This document shows, one piece after another, positions 50,440 through 61,970 of a stretch of DNA of 64,000 nt. Origin of the DNA: Diadema antillarum. Lineage: Eukaryota. The position numbers and the translations under genes were made by a program. The first letter of the stretch is position 1. The number at the start of each line of letters is the position of its first letter. The notes under the pieces are model-generated. The model was given only the letters and a program-made list of their open reading frames with translations, had not been told where the DNA came from and made no database searches. Location of the stretch: positions 186,001-250,000 of the forward strand of contig NW_027271071.1 of assembly GCF_040938485.1 (NCBI RefSeq). Reading direction: 5' to 3'.

Positions 50440-51630
50440 CTCTTACACCAATCATTCCCAGTGTCATCCTGATACTCTCTCCATTCTAACCTCTCAGTCA
50501 TTCTTGGTATCCTCCTTCTCCTACCCTCTCTCCTTACCCTTCCAACTCTCTTTCACACTCCTCCCCCAGCACTACTCAGCACCTCACTCTTCTTTTCTCC
50601 TCAATGCTTTCTACTTTTCTTACCCTTTCCAATCTTGCTGACTTCTCCATCCTTCATCCTATGAACCCTTCCTCCCCCACCCTTCATATTCTACCCTTTT
50701 CCCAACATGTCGCCCTTTCCACTACCCTACCCTCCATACCCCTTGTCATTCTAAGCTCCTTACCCTTCCAACCCCGCACCCTGTCCACCTCCTTACCAGT
50801 CCCACTCCTTATCTTCCACCATTTACCCTTTCCACCATGTCATCCTTTCCTCATGACCCTTCTGACTCCACTCTTCTCTTCTACTCACCCTTTTTACCCC
50901 TCACCCTTCTCATTCACCATTTCTGTTCAATTCATACCACCCTACCCTTCCCATTCTACCCTCCCCACTCCACCCTTCCCATTCCACTCTTTCTATCCCC
51001 TCACACTTATCACCCTTAAAGAAATGATATAGTTTTGGCTAAGATGGGGCTTCAGGTTTCCAACTGTTTTGAGAGAGACAATGAGAAACAGTGAAATATG
51101 AGAGAGCACATAATTCTAAGAGGAATCAAAGTTTATTTAATGAATATTGGTTTTGAAATGGCTGAGATATCCAAAACAAAGTGATCCTAATAAAAGGTGG
51201 GATCCATCTTTTATTAGAATTGCTTTGTTTTACTTTGCTTTTGGGTATCCCAGCCATTTAAAAACTGATATTCATCAAGTGAAATCTGAATTCCTCTTAG
51301 AATCATGTGGTTTTTAACATTTCATTTGTGGTTTCCAAGTGTCTCGCAAAAAGTTAAAAGCTGAATCCTCATCTCAACCAGTACTATAACGTCCCTTTAA
51401 CCTGTCTCACCCCCTCACCCTCCTTCCCACTCTACCCTTTCTACCACATCACCTCTTTACCACCCACCCCTCTCTCTCTTCATACTCCAACCCTTCTCTC
51501 TCCCTCACCCCTTCCAGTTTCCACCTTCCTCACTCTTCTCCCCGCCCCCTATCCCAATTCTATCATCCCTCCTCCCACCCCACTCTATGTCCCTCATGCC
51601 AGCGCCCACTCACCCACTCACCCCCTCAAC
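50440..51630 (+). repeat. C/T-rich low-complexity tract interrupted by a MITE
   Basis: Strong pyrimidine skew and very few G on the + strand. Confidence 0.85.
51016..51400. mobile_element. TTAA-flanked (Kolobok-type) MITE, AGGGATG family, copy 3, inserted into a pyrimidine tract
   Basis: TTAA at both ends. The C/T-rich tract resumes on either side. Confidence 0.8.
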
Positions 51631-51827
51631 AGAGCCAAATCTGCTCTCATGATATCCTGAGATCATACAATTGTAACATGGACTTTGCTCAAGGTATATG
51701 TTGACTCGGGATATAGGATAAAATCACGCTTTGCCTTCTACCTGCATACCCAGGTTTTATTTGTGTACCTGCTTGCGTTGGCATTTTGCAATGTCAGTGT
51801 TTACTCTTTTTGTGCGTGTTCCTGCAG

Positions 51828-51904
51828 GGCCAGCAGATGCTGTGTGTAGTCCATGGCCTAGGATAGACCAAAATCACAGATGATCTGGTGATGCTACATT
51901 GAAG
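51828..51904 (+). other. Candidate non-coding 5' UTR exon of LYST-like gene
   Basis: Good acceptor TTTTTGTGCGTGTTCCTGCAG|, but weak donor AAG|GTGAAC. Confidence 0.25.
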
Positions 51905-53128
51905 GTGAACGATCAGCACTAATTAGACGAGAGTCGATCAGGTGCAGACCGCATTTGCCCTCATCACTGCGTTTGGCAGGATATTTATCGCTTGCCACAT
52001 GGTGAAGGAACAGACAGTATGGCGTACTGTGGGAATTGTGAGTATATTCAAGAAGCTCTGTGGTATATTTTGCTTATCCCATTCAATTTTTTGTTTAATG
52101 AAATGATAGGATTTTGCTATGATGTATGTTGAATATGGTGCCCATTTATTAAAAAATGAAAAAAGAGATTCGAATTTTGACAAAATATATTAAAGTGCCC
52201 TTTCTTTATGAAGTAAAGTGACCAATTTTGCCAACCTTGGTACAGCTCTCTAACACATTTCATGTACAGACAGTCAAACCTGCCGTAGTGACCACCTGTC
52301 TGTAGCAACTGCCTGCTGTATATAACCTCGAAATATACCGGTATGTTTATATTTCTGGAAGAGACAAGCAATGTTTAAGACCCTGTGTATTGTGACCATC
52401 TGTCTATAACATCCACTTTATTTTCGTCTCCCCTGATGTTTGACCGTATTTGAAGAATACCATCACCAGTAATATCAGTGCTGTATTTGAATATTTCTAT
52501 TTCCATGAATGTGGATGCATAATTGCAGTAAAAGTTAGCTTGATGCATTTACATTATCTTGTTCATTTGATACTTCAGTGGTAATCAATGTATATACCAG
52601 GGTTAGTCTCTAGTAACACATCACTGACTTTTTTCTTCACTGTTCATAGTGATATTATTCAATCTTTATGTTCTTGCCACCAAATTGATATCATTTGTAG
52701 CTGGTGTTAAGTATGGTTTTTCCTCTTTTAAGCTGATTTATCATCGAAGTTCGAAGTATTTTTGTCAAGATATAACATTCAAACAGACAGACTGAATGAG
52801 TGAATTTAAGTCATATGTAAATATGTATGTATACATGTATATAATATATATTATATTTATAAATCTCTATATACATAAATTTGATTATCTTTTTAAGTCT
52901 GAATCACATCTGATGTTGGCATATATTTTTAGATATCCTTTCTGACCTCAGTCATGATTCAAGTTGATGTGTTTCAGTTGGAAAGAGGCTGAACAATTTT
53001 GATAATGGCAAATTGAATTATAATCCATCTCATTTGTTGTTGTTGGGTTTTTTTTCACATGTCCAGGTTTAAGTGCAGATATACTGTAGCAGCTTTCCAT
53101 GAAAGGTTGATTGGGGACATAATCAGCG

Positions 53129-53212
53129 ATGGAGGCCAGAAGAAAGATACACCACAACCTGAAGGTGCGGTGGGATCGATACACCACTTGCAGTCCCGAC
53201 ACACAGGCTGAG
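53129..53212 (+). CDS. LYST: LYST-like first coding exon (exon acceptor probably at 53067)
   Basis: TGTCCAG| acceptor at 53066, ATG at 53129, donor GAG|GTAAAA. In phase with the next exon. Confidence 0.62.
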
Positions 53213-56200
53213 GTAAAATCATCACAAAAGTCATCCACCTAACGAGCATTTTGTGACCCCGTGTCATCATCATACACCCACCTAGTGCTCACTGACTCTA
53301 TTTTACCCTGCCAGATGTTTGTCGATAATGGGTTCTTTACTGACTGGTTTAGAAGAATTATGGCAGTGCCAGATGGGAGTAGATTTATACATAACCAAAC
53401 TGCAAATGTACTTGGAAAAGGCTAGCCAGTTAGTGTGCCCTCACTTTGAGTGCTGTGTGATCTCTGACAACTGAAAGTATATCATAGACCTCAGAAGAAT
53501 AATCATTTGTATTCATTTTGTCTGCACAATATGCAGATTTGTACATGCAAACAAAGTCATAAAGAGTAATCCAAGATGTTTTCCCCCAAAAAAATTCAGT
53601 TTAGGGCATCGCTCTTGAAACCAATGTCACAAGCCATTTGTGAAGGCATCAGTCGTGATATTAGTAATGGGGATATAATGATGTTAAAATTGTATTTTCA
53701 AGAAATTGCAGTGAAAATGAATGTGTTGTTGGACCTTGAAGATGCATGGGCTATTAGGCAGGAGAGACCTGTCAGGGTTTCACATGAAAACAGTCATTAA
53801 ATTGCAATCTCGCCACAGTGCTGGTTCCAAACCACTCCGTCAACGTGAGTCAAGTTTTGATACAGCGTAGAGAACTATCATGGTAAATGTGGCATGACGG
53901 CTTCATCTCTCCTTTGCAAGCACCCAGGTGTTTTATCACGGTCACAGTATGCTACTAGCCCACTTGCCCACTTGCCCAACTTTAACTCACTTTGGGGCAA
54001 GTAGATTAAATTAACTCTTGCCTATACATAGTATGGGTCCTTTCCCATACACCTGTTTGGGCAAGTTGGAGAAATATGATTTGCGTTGCCCTTAGGCATA
54101 TCTGCAGTTCTCATTTCAACCAGAGTGGCACCTGTGAAATTTTAAGTATTGTGGTCTTTCTATCAGGCACTACAATGAGACGAGCTATTATTCCAAGAGC
54201 AAGGGCAATCAGGAAACAGGGACCTTTTCAATGATAAGATGCAGCACAATTTCCCTAATGTTTTTGTTTTTTTCAAAATCCACTACATTTAAGAAATTGA
54301 ATTGCCAGAAATACTGTAAAACATGATATATTCGCGGCATGAATTTTTCGCGAATTGGAGCCGACGGCCTTTTTTGCGGCATTAAATTTTCGCGAACTGC
54401 CACTGTCATTCAATGCATACAGTGTAGACAAGAACTTTCGCGTGCATTTTAATTTTGCGAATCTTGGCGCTCGCGAAATTTGCGAAATTAAAATGCACGC
54501 GAAAATTCCTCGTTTTACAGTAGTAATTTGATTGGCTCAGTGCTAAAGATTGCACCTTCTTTCACCCTAAATGAAACTGATGTCAAATGTCTTGCAGGTA
54601 GGAATGTGTACTTGCCTCTTTGAAATTATTTATGAACAAGGATTTTAAGATTGTATGAGTTTGCTTATCTGTCAGAGTGAAGCCCAATACATGTATTCTG
54701 TGACTTATCTACTTCCATTTGTGTGACTCTATGGGTTTATCTGACCTTAACTCAGCCCTGAAGCACCAAGGTCAATGAACTTTTAAGATAGAGCTATGAT
54801 TGTTTATTGTTGACATTAACCAGTTTTTTACATGTATCAATCAAGGCTCTTGACCCTATCTTGTGTGATAAGAAGTTAGGTCGCTGCATTCTGATGGAGA
54901 TCAGATACAGGATTTATATGTCTCTCAGTAGGGTTGAAAATGGGCAAAGTATACAGTGTAGAATAAGTGCTGACAGTTTGTAAAATTCTGCAAACATTTC
55001 AAATAAATCATTTCTTTTTTTATTTATCTTATGATTCAGTTTGTTTGAATATGAATTTCTCTTTTTTTTTCTTTGAATTTCTAGAGATACTTCAATTTCA
55101 AATGTGCTGAAAAACAGGATTTGCAGATTTATCTTTGGATGGTTACACATTGGCCTTGCATGGAATGTATGTCATTTGTGACATCACAAGTCAATGTTGC
55201 CAAATGGCTGCCATTTCAGAACCTCTTCCACATTATGTGCAAAAAAAAAAAAAAAAAATGATTGATACTTTTAAAGTCACGAGGCTGTTCAAACAGATAC
55301 AAGTAAACAAATATTGCTTACTACCATCAAATCACAGGGAAAAGAATACTACAAGTGCATTCAAACAAAATAAGTAAAATGCATGCTGGACAAAGTCATG
55401 TTTTCCTTTTTATGTTGCTCTTTGAAGTGATGGTATGAAGTGTTCAAAAGTGTCACTTTGTTATATCTCTGTGCAGAAAAAGATGAATTATCTGGAGGAC
55501 TTTCTACATCATCTCATCGTCATGTCAAGAAATGCATCTATCGATTCCGAGGACCTCTTTAACTTTTGGTAAGTCATGGGAGGGGGGGGGGGGGGGGAGA
55601 ATTCTGAATACAATGGAAGTTTCAAAAGTTCATAGAGGAGAGATGAAATTATCCTCTTGTAAGTCTACTTTAAGGTGTGAAGCCTGTTTATCACTTTTGT
55701 AATACTTCTACGATTGACTTCTTGCGAGAGTAAGAACATTGTTGTTTGTAAACCAAAGGCCAAGTACTTTTGGCTGCATTTGGCAAACATGGATTCAATT
55801 TTGTTTTTTATTCTAGAAAAGAGGAATGTAAATGAATTCAGATTTCAGTGGGTAGTACTTGACACTTATTTGACCCACTGTTATCATGGCTTATCATTGA
55901 CTTGAGTACATTATCCTTCACTGTTTCGTAATAGATTTGAGTTTTTGAAGTGAAAGAAGTACTCTTCAGAAAGAAGATGGCATTTTAGATTTTTATCAGT
56001 TTATGATTTTGTTCGATGTGTCATATCCTATGCCTGCTCATTACATATAACAGGTAGATGAGAGGTATAACAAGGACATAGCAGATTTTATCTTTTGTGG
56101 GTTTACTTCATTCCAGGCTATTTCACAGTGGTTGCATTCTCACCAACAAAATAGCAGGATAACAAGATTTTTTGGGGGCCCGTTTTGGACTGACAGAAAC

Positions 56201-57200
56201 ATCACACTAATTGCCGATAGTGATGATTTGTCGACCAAACTGCACATGCCCGAAATATACCGAAATGATGGCCCTTGCCTTTATGTTAGTGCTCTGTTCA
56301 ATCATCCATGTTTTGAATGATGGGATAAAAGATCTCAAGATTCTTTTGCTTCGGTATACACACACTCATTGCAATGCGAATTGTCACGCTATATGTCAAA
56401 TTATTGCAATAATTCCAAAGTAATCACAAGATTTCTTGAGATTTGGATCGCGATGCACATTGCACTACTGTAAAACGAGGAATGTTCACATGCATTTTAA
56501 TTTAGCGAATTTTGCAAGAACCAAGATTCGTGAAATTAAAATGCATACGAAAGTTCTTGTTTATACTACACACTACGCATTGAATAATGTTAGAGTCGTG
56601 AAAATTTCAGGCTGCGAAAAAGGCTGTCAGCTCCAATTCACGAAAATTTCATGCCGCGAAAATATCGTGTTTTACAGTATTTGGTGGGACTTTTATGTCC
56701 ACACAGGCAAGAATCTGGAGATTTGTATCTCTCTAATTCACCTCAGTGTGAATCCCACTTGTACATCCGGAGTTCTCTCCTTATCTTAAGTATACATAAC
56801 CTTCAGCCTCACCATCCTAGCCTACCTTCATTCCTCTCCGCCGTTGATTATGTAACTCAAAGTTACCAAATGTATAAGGTGCGACTTAATAACTAATCAG
56901 CAAAGGCTTTTTCTTTAATGTTTGTTTGGTTTTTCTGGTTTAAATAACTGGCTTGATGGAGGAAACTGAGAGGTGTTTGCTGAATGAGTGTGTATTCTAA
57001 CTTGCCCGCACTGCTATCAGCAAGACATTCCAGACCAAATTACTAATTTTATGCCAGGTTATACACTGTTATGTAGAACACCACATGAAGTACGTTTGTT
57101 TTTTTTTTTTCCCCAAGTGAGGGTTGTATTATATTTGTATTTATTTATAGATAAAGCTAAACGAAATGTGTATAACATGACATATATGATCACTCATATG

Positions 57201-57234
<34 letters not shown>

Positions 57235-58117
57235 CCTTGTGCTTAGTTTATATTCTCATTAAAAAATTGTGTATTAAGTACTCAAGGATTTATGATGTAC
57301 TATTTTTAGTCGTCCTTGAGTGACACCATGTGCAATGATGTAAGTGATGAGAGATTTTACGTCATTGTTTCATCACCCACTTCATTTCGAGGGCCAGTAA
57401 ACATAAGTAGAAAGCAGCTTTCATTACATCTAACTAATGGAGTATGTGTTTGATTTTTATGGCAGATGTGGTCTTCGACACAAAAAAGTTATAAAATAAC
57501 AATAATGATCATAATCATAATAGTAATGACAATGATAGTAAAAANNNNNNNNNNNNNNNNNNNNNNNNNNNNNNNNNNNNNNNNNNNNNNNNNNNNNNNN
57601 NNNNNNNNNNNNNNNNNNNNNNNNNNNNNNNNNNNNNNNNNNNNNNNNNNNNNNNNNNNNNNNNNNNNNNNNNNNNNNNNNNNNNNNNNNNNNNNNNNNN
57701 NNNNNNNNNNNNNNNNNNNNNNNNNNNNNNNNNNNNNNNNNNNNNNNNNNNNNNNNNNNNNNNNNNNNNNNNNNNNNNNNNNAGTCCTCATGATCATAAT
57801 AATAATAATAATGATGATGATAATGATAACAATAATGATGATAATAATGCAAATACAGTAATTTTCATATATACATTCCTTGTGCCCTGTATCCCGACAG
57901 CAATGATGTTCACAGCGCCTTCAACATCCTAGCCCGGGAATTCATGACTGCCGTCAAGGAGATATCCACCCAGAGTTCGGCCGACTTCAACCAGACGCTG
58001 GACAGTGCCCTCTCCAGCCAGCTGACCCCACAGCCCCCGCAGGCCGCTCTGGTTGAGTTCCTCATGCATGACAGGGGATGGCTGCTTCTCAACGCAATGT
58101 CGATCCTGGCCACACAG
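53129..58117 (+). CDS. LYST: LYST-like (lysosomal trafficking regulator, BEACH family), 5' partial; join(53129..53212,55477..55568,57901..58117), first 131 aa, 3' part not resolved
   Basis: Phase-consistent splicing (0, 2, 0) gives MEARRKIHHNLKVRWDRYTTCSPDTQAE-KKMNYLEDFLHHLIVMSRNASIDSEDLFNFC-NDVHSAFNILAREFMTAVKEIS...AALVEFLMHDRGWLLLNAMSILATQ. ILAREFMTAV and EFLMHDRGWLLL match the vertebrate LYST N-terminus as I recall it (SLAREFLTDV...QYLVHGRGFLLL). An in-frame TAA at 53120 supports ATG 53129 as the start. Confidence 0.8.
54312..54522. mobile_element. MITE with TACTGTAAAAC TIRs, copy A
   Basis: TACTGTAAAAC...GTTTTACAGTA termini and internal TCGCGAA repeats. Confidence 0.8.
55477..55568 (+). 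CDS. LYST: LYST-like coding exon 2 (92 nt)
   Basis: TCTCTGTGCAG| acceptor and TG|GTAAGT donor. The split codon TG+C joins the next exon in frame. Confidence 0.72.
56466..56679. mobile_element. MITE with TACTGTAAAAC TIRs, copy B, inverted relative to copy A
   Basis: Begins with the reverse complement of the right end of copy A and ends with the reverse complement of its left end. Confidence 0.8.
57545..57782. other. Assembly gap (N run) flanked by (ATA/ATG)n repeats
   Basis: 238 N. Confidence 1.
57901..58117 (+). CDS. LYST: LYST-like coding exon 3 (217 nt)
   Basis: GC-rich coding composition, CCCGACAG| acceptor, CAG|GTAAGA donor. Carries the LAREF and RGWLLL motifs. Confidence 0.85.
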
Positions 58118-59206
58118 GTAAGAGTCAACACACTTTTCACATTCTATCTTCGTGTGTGTGTGTGCCCGCACATGCTTGTGTGTTTTGCTGTGACATATCA
58201 AAATAAGAATCAAATGATCTCATATATTCATCCAGTAAAACCAGTGAATCCAGTAAAAGACGTAAAACAAACGGTGGGGCTGGACCGTTCAGATTAGCCC
58301 TATAATGATTATGGGGCTAATTTGGGCCAATAACAATAGATATTATCATTATTATCATCATTTTTGTATAGATTTACAGTGTAAAACCTCAAGTTTGTTA
58401 CACAACACAATCATGATGACAGTCATGGAAATCCGGGGACAGCAGATTTCTGTGGTTGTTACCAGAAGTGGTTTACTTGCAATAGAAGTTGCTGCAGGGC
58501 ATGTGCTTTTGATACTTGATTCAAAAATAAAGAATTAGTATGCCTGGTATTACCTTAGTTGTGTAAATGATATATGACACCCAAAGAGCTTTTCCCCAGT
58601 AAGCACTAGAATGCGGACTCTTCATACGCCCTGTACTATTGTTTTGTGAGCGCAAGGGGAGCACTGGATGACAACAAGGCAGTAGGCTCACCCTCATGCT
58701 AACACGCTAGCAAACGAGCAACCGAGGAGCAGCGAAATCTAGAAGTGCGTACTTGTGTAAAAGTTCAAAAGTTCAAATACGTGCTGTACAAATGTTACTT
58801 CACTTCGCAAAAAAATCCGCCATTACTAAGTGGGTAATGGCAGCCCCTATGAAATCTCAGACACCATTGTATAGTTCACACTCTAGTAGTGGAGAGGAGA
58901 AAAATCTCTTTGATGATACCAGTGTTATGACATTGTCCAGGTGAATACTGCTCTCCATATCCTCAACAAAATCTTTCTTTAAGAGAAATGAATAAGTTTC
59001 AGTTTTATTCATTCTGGCTCTTACTGCACATAAAGGACTGTATTCATGAATGTGGTTTAGATTTAGACCAAAGTTTAATTTTAGTCCATGGACTAAAACA
59101 AGCGTGAGATAGGTGTACCTTTGACATGCGTGTATCAACGAGCAATTGTTGTTGGATGTCTGTTGGTGTACGCAGTCTGTCGCACACATTTATGCAGAAG
59201 AAATTA

Positions 59207-59343
59207 GCATAAACCATGATCTAAATTTAAACCACCTTTGTGAATTTAGGCTAAAGAGCTGTGTGCAATATGAAAATTTGCATAAACCATGGTCTAAATT
59301 TAAACTGCCATCATGAATTCGGGCTAAAGAGCTGTGTGCAGTA
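59207..59343 (+). repeat. Diverged tandem duplication of a ~73-bp unit
   Basis: GCATAAACCATG.TCTAAATTTAAAC...GGCTAAAGAGCTGTGTGCA occurs twice. Confidence 0.75.
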
Positions 59344-59544
59344 TCACTTTTGAAATGGCATGACTGATATTGCTACTACGTGATGGACACATGCGAGATC
59401 AGGTACCCAATCCCTTGCCAAAATATCTCTGTTCATCGTCAATGTTTACATGTTGACTATTTAATGCCCAATATCTTGTGCAATACATTCGATTTGGATC
59501 AGAGGTCTTCTACCTCTGTGTGGGAAGGGTAGTCTCAGGGAAAT

Positions 59545-59949
59545 GGTTTATTGCCTCCGGTCTAATCGGATGGTCTACTTCCAAGTTTGTCTTACACCAC
59601 TACGGCTAACCTCATTTGGTCTACTATCAATTTCGTCTAATGCCCGTTTGGTCTAGTCCTCACTTGTTTTAATGTCTAGTTTGGCTAATTATCATTTTGT
59701 CTAATAACCAGATGGTCTATTTGCAATTTTAACTCCTTGGATTTTTTTTTCCATTTTGTCTAATAAATTGTTGGTATTAAATTAAGTGGGCATAGCCATC
59801 TGGAGTAGACCAACCGGTAATGAGGCTAAGTGGCAATTGGACTAAATGATCATTAGACAAACTGGTTGTAGACGAAACAGGATTAGACCATGTGGGTTGA
59901 GACTAAATGGCTTCAGACGAAGTGAGAGTAGACCAAGTGATAGATCACC
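59545..59949. mobile_element. Fold-back MITE with GGTCTA/TAGACC subterminal repeats
   Basis: The left half is rich in GGTCTA and the right half in TAGACC. Near-identical flanks AGGGAAAT / AAGGAAAT. Confidence 0.65.
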
Positions 59950-60399
59950 AAGGAAATAACATTAGATATGATTTGTTCCTGAACACAGAAGAAGTAACCA
60001 GCAAGTCATGCTCCATGGCAAGCTACAATAGAAGAAATGGGTGGAATATCTCCATAGATCTCTTCGTACATTTTGTGCTCTCTCTAACTGCGACTGGTAA
60101 ACCAGAAATATTGCAGCATGAAACTTTGACGACTTAGAGCAGACGGCCTTTTGTGCAGCATAAAACTTTGGCATATCACCACTGGTATTCAATTCATTGT
60201 GTAGAAAAAACACTTTCATGCATACACATGCATTTTACTTTTGGAAATTTAGGCTTCCCCCCCAAGATTCGGAATCTCATGCATGTGAAAATATCTGGCT
60301 TAACTGTATTCTACACTCTCATAGGAAGATTGGTTTATGTGCTATCAAGCCAGTCCTGCAGGACCTTTTGCATGGTCCATGTTTAGATCCATTTAAGAT

Positions 60400-60890
60400 T
60401 ATTTATATAAATGCTTGAAGAGATCCTTGTCATTTGATTGGTTGTTTGACATTGATCATTCGGCCCATTTCACTGTGACGTCATCATCCATGCAATTGTG
60501 GCTCCATTTACCGTGCAATCTTGGATCCGTACGATTTGCTCCATTGCACGCTCGCTGAGAGCCCTGCACACTACGCGTGTAAAACGCTTGCGTTTGCAGT
60601 GTGTGTATGCGACAGCACGCTTGCCAGACTGCTAGCGTCAAGCGCTCAGTGAGCACTCTCACGATCTCAGATATTCTCTTGTTTCTAAATTAATAAAACA
60701 TCAGGTGACACTGATCTATTTTAGGCGTTATATAAAACAAATAATAAATGTTTTTCATTCGTGCAATGGACTGAATATTTCATTCGGTGAAAGATGAAAT
60801 CTTTGATCCATTCAACGAAGCACAGCCGAGTTGAATGGATCATTTCATCTTTCACCTCATGAAATATTCTGTCCATTTCACTCATAAACA
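60400..60890. mobile_element. Interspersed element with a long subterminal hairpin (Crypton/Helentron-type non-autonomous; class uncertain)
   Basis: Hairpin GGTGAAAGATGAAAT..TGATCCATTCAAC-loop-GTTGAATGGATCA.TTTCATCTTTCACC at about 60786-60856, with a CpG-rich body. Confidence 0.5.
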
Positions 60891-61713
60891 TTCATTATTT
60901 GTATACCATTCAACACAAGCTCTAACAAAAGCAAGTTTTGTAGCCCTTGGAATGTTTGACTGCCAGATGGAATGCAGTCTATTACATGCATTCCAAGATA
61001 CTGTTTACATGGAGTCCATGGAGCCAGCTACGTGAATTTAGTTCGAGACTCGCACAGCACGAGCTTGGACTGCATTATAATAGACTGCTTCCCATCTTGC
61101 TGGTGTTAAGTTTAGTTGCAATATGCAATAAATAGTGACACTTTATCTCATGTTTTGCCATTTTGCTGCTGGTATATCCGATTGTGTCCAATCATGATGG
61201 GATCTACCCTTTAATGAGGCAGTAGACACAGGCAGTAGTAATGGCAGGCTTTGATTGTGAGCTTGCCTATCTATGTGACAGCTATTTAATGTGATGGAGA
61301 GTAGGGACATTCAATACTCTCAGACCATCCCAGGTTTTAGTTGTGCAATGCAAAACACACTTTACCTTTAATATCGCTCTAGTCAAGTCACCATAGTTAC
61401 ATTCATATGTAGGCTAATCATCAATGAGAGCTGATTACGTATACAGTGTGAGAGGTCATCCCTTTGACCACAATGAGCATCCTAACATCAATCTTTAGGA
61501 TTTAGGTTTCGAGCAAGAGTCCCATGCGATTGAAGCACAGAACAGGGAGGAATCATACACACAGCAAATCTGTTTGTGTGCAAGTGTGCAACGATACAGT
61601 GGTATACTGCATGCACATATGCTGTATTTTACAGTATGTTCTTGAGGTTGACATGGACGCTAAAGGGGAATGGGGTTCATGGAGAGGTCAAGTGTGCATA
61701 TAACTCTAATATA

Positions 61714-61970
61714 CATCTCGTCGCTGGGGTGACAAGACCTTGTATCTGCAATTTTGGTGAAAATGACTTTTTTGGATTAATTGTGAAATAATGGGTTAAG
61801 TGATGTCCTGTCCAAATCCCAACCGTCTTACTCCAAAAATGAAGCCACCACGGCATGTCAAAGGAAAGGCTTTCCCATTCGCCACAGTGCTTTGGCCGCC
61901 ATGTTTTTTGGCTCTCCTGAACATTTGACATTTTGTAGATACGAGGTCTTGTCGCCCCAGCGACGATATA
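61714..61970. mobile_element. MITE with ~35-bp TIRs (TCGTCGCTGGGG-GACAAGACC)
   Basis: The inverted repeat pair is read directly. Confidence 0.7.

Noticed and set aside
50604-51032. 142-aa Pro/Ser/Leu/Phe ORF
   Set aside because: Artefact of the C/T-only tract, which cannot easily contain stop codons.
7346-57861. ORFs containing X runs or CV/HT/IY dipeptide repeats
   Set aside because: They are produced by N gaps and microsatellites.
59986-61135. Candidate next LYST exons near 59990-60096 and 61029-61135
   Set aside because: They hit stops in the required phase-0 frame or lack a pyrimidine tract and donor, and show no convincing LYST similarity.
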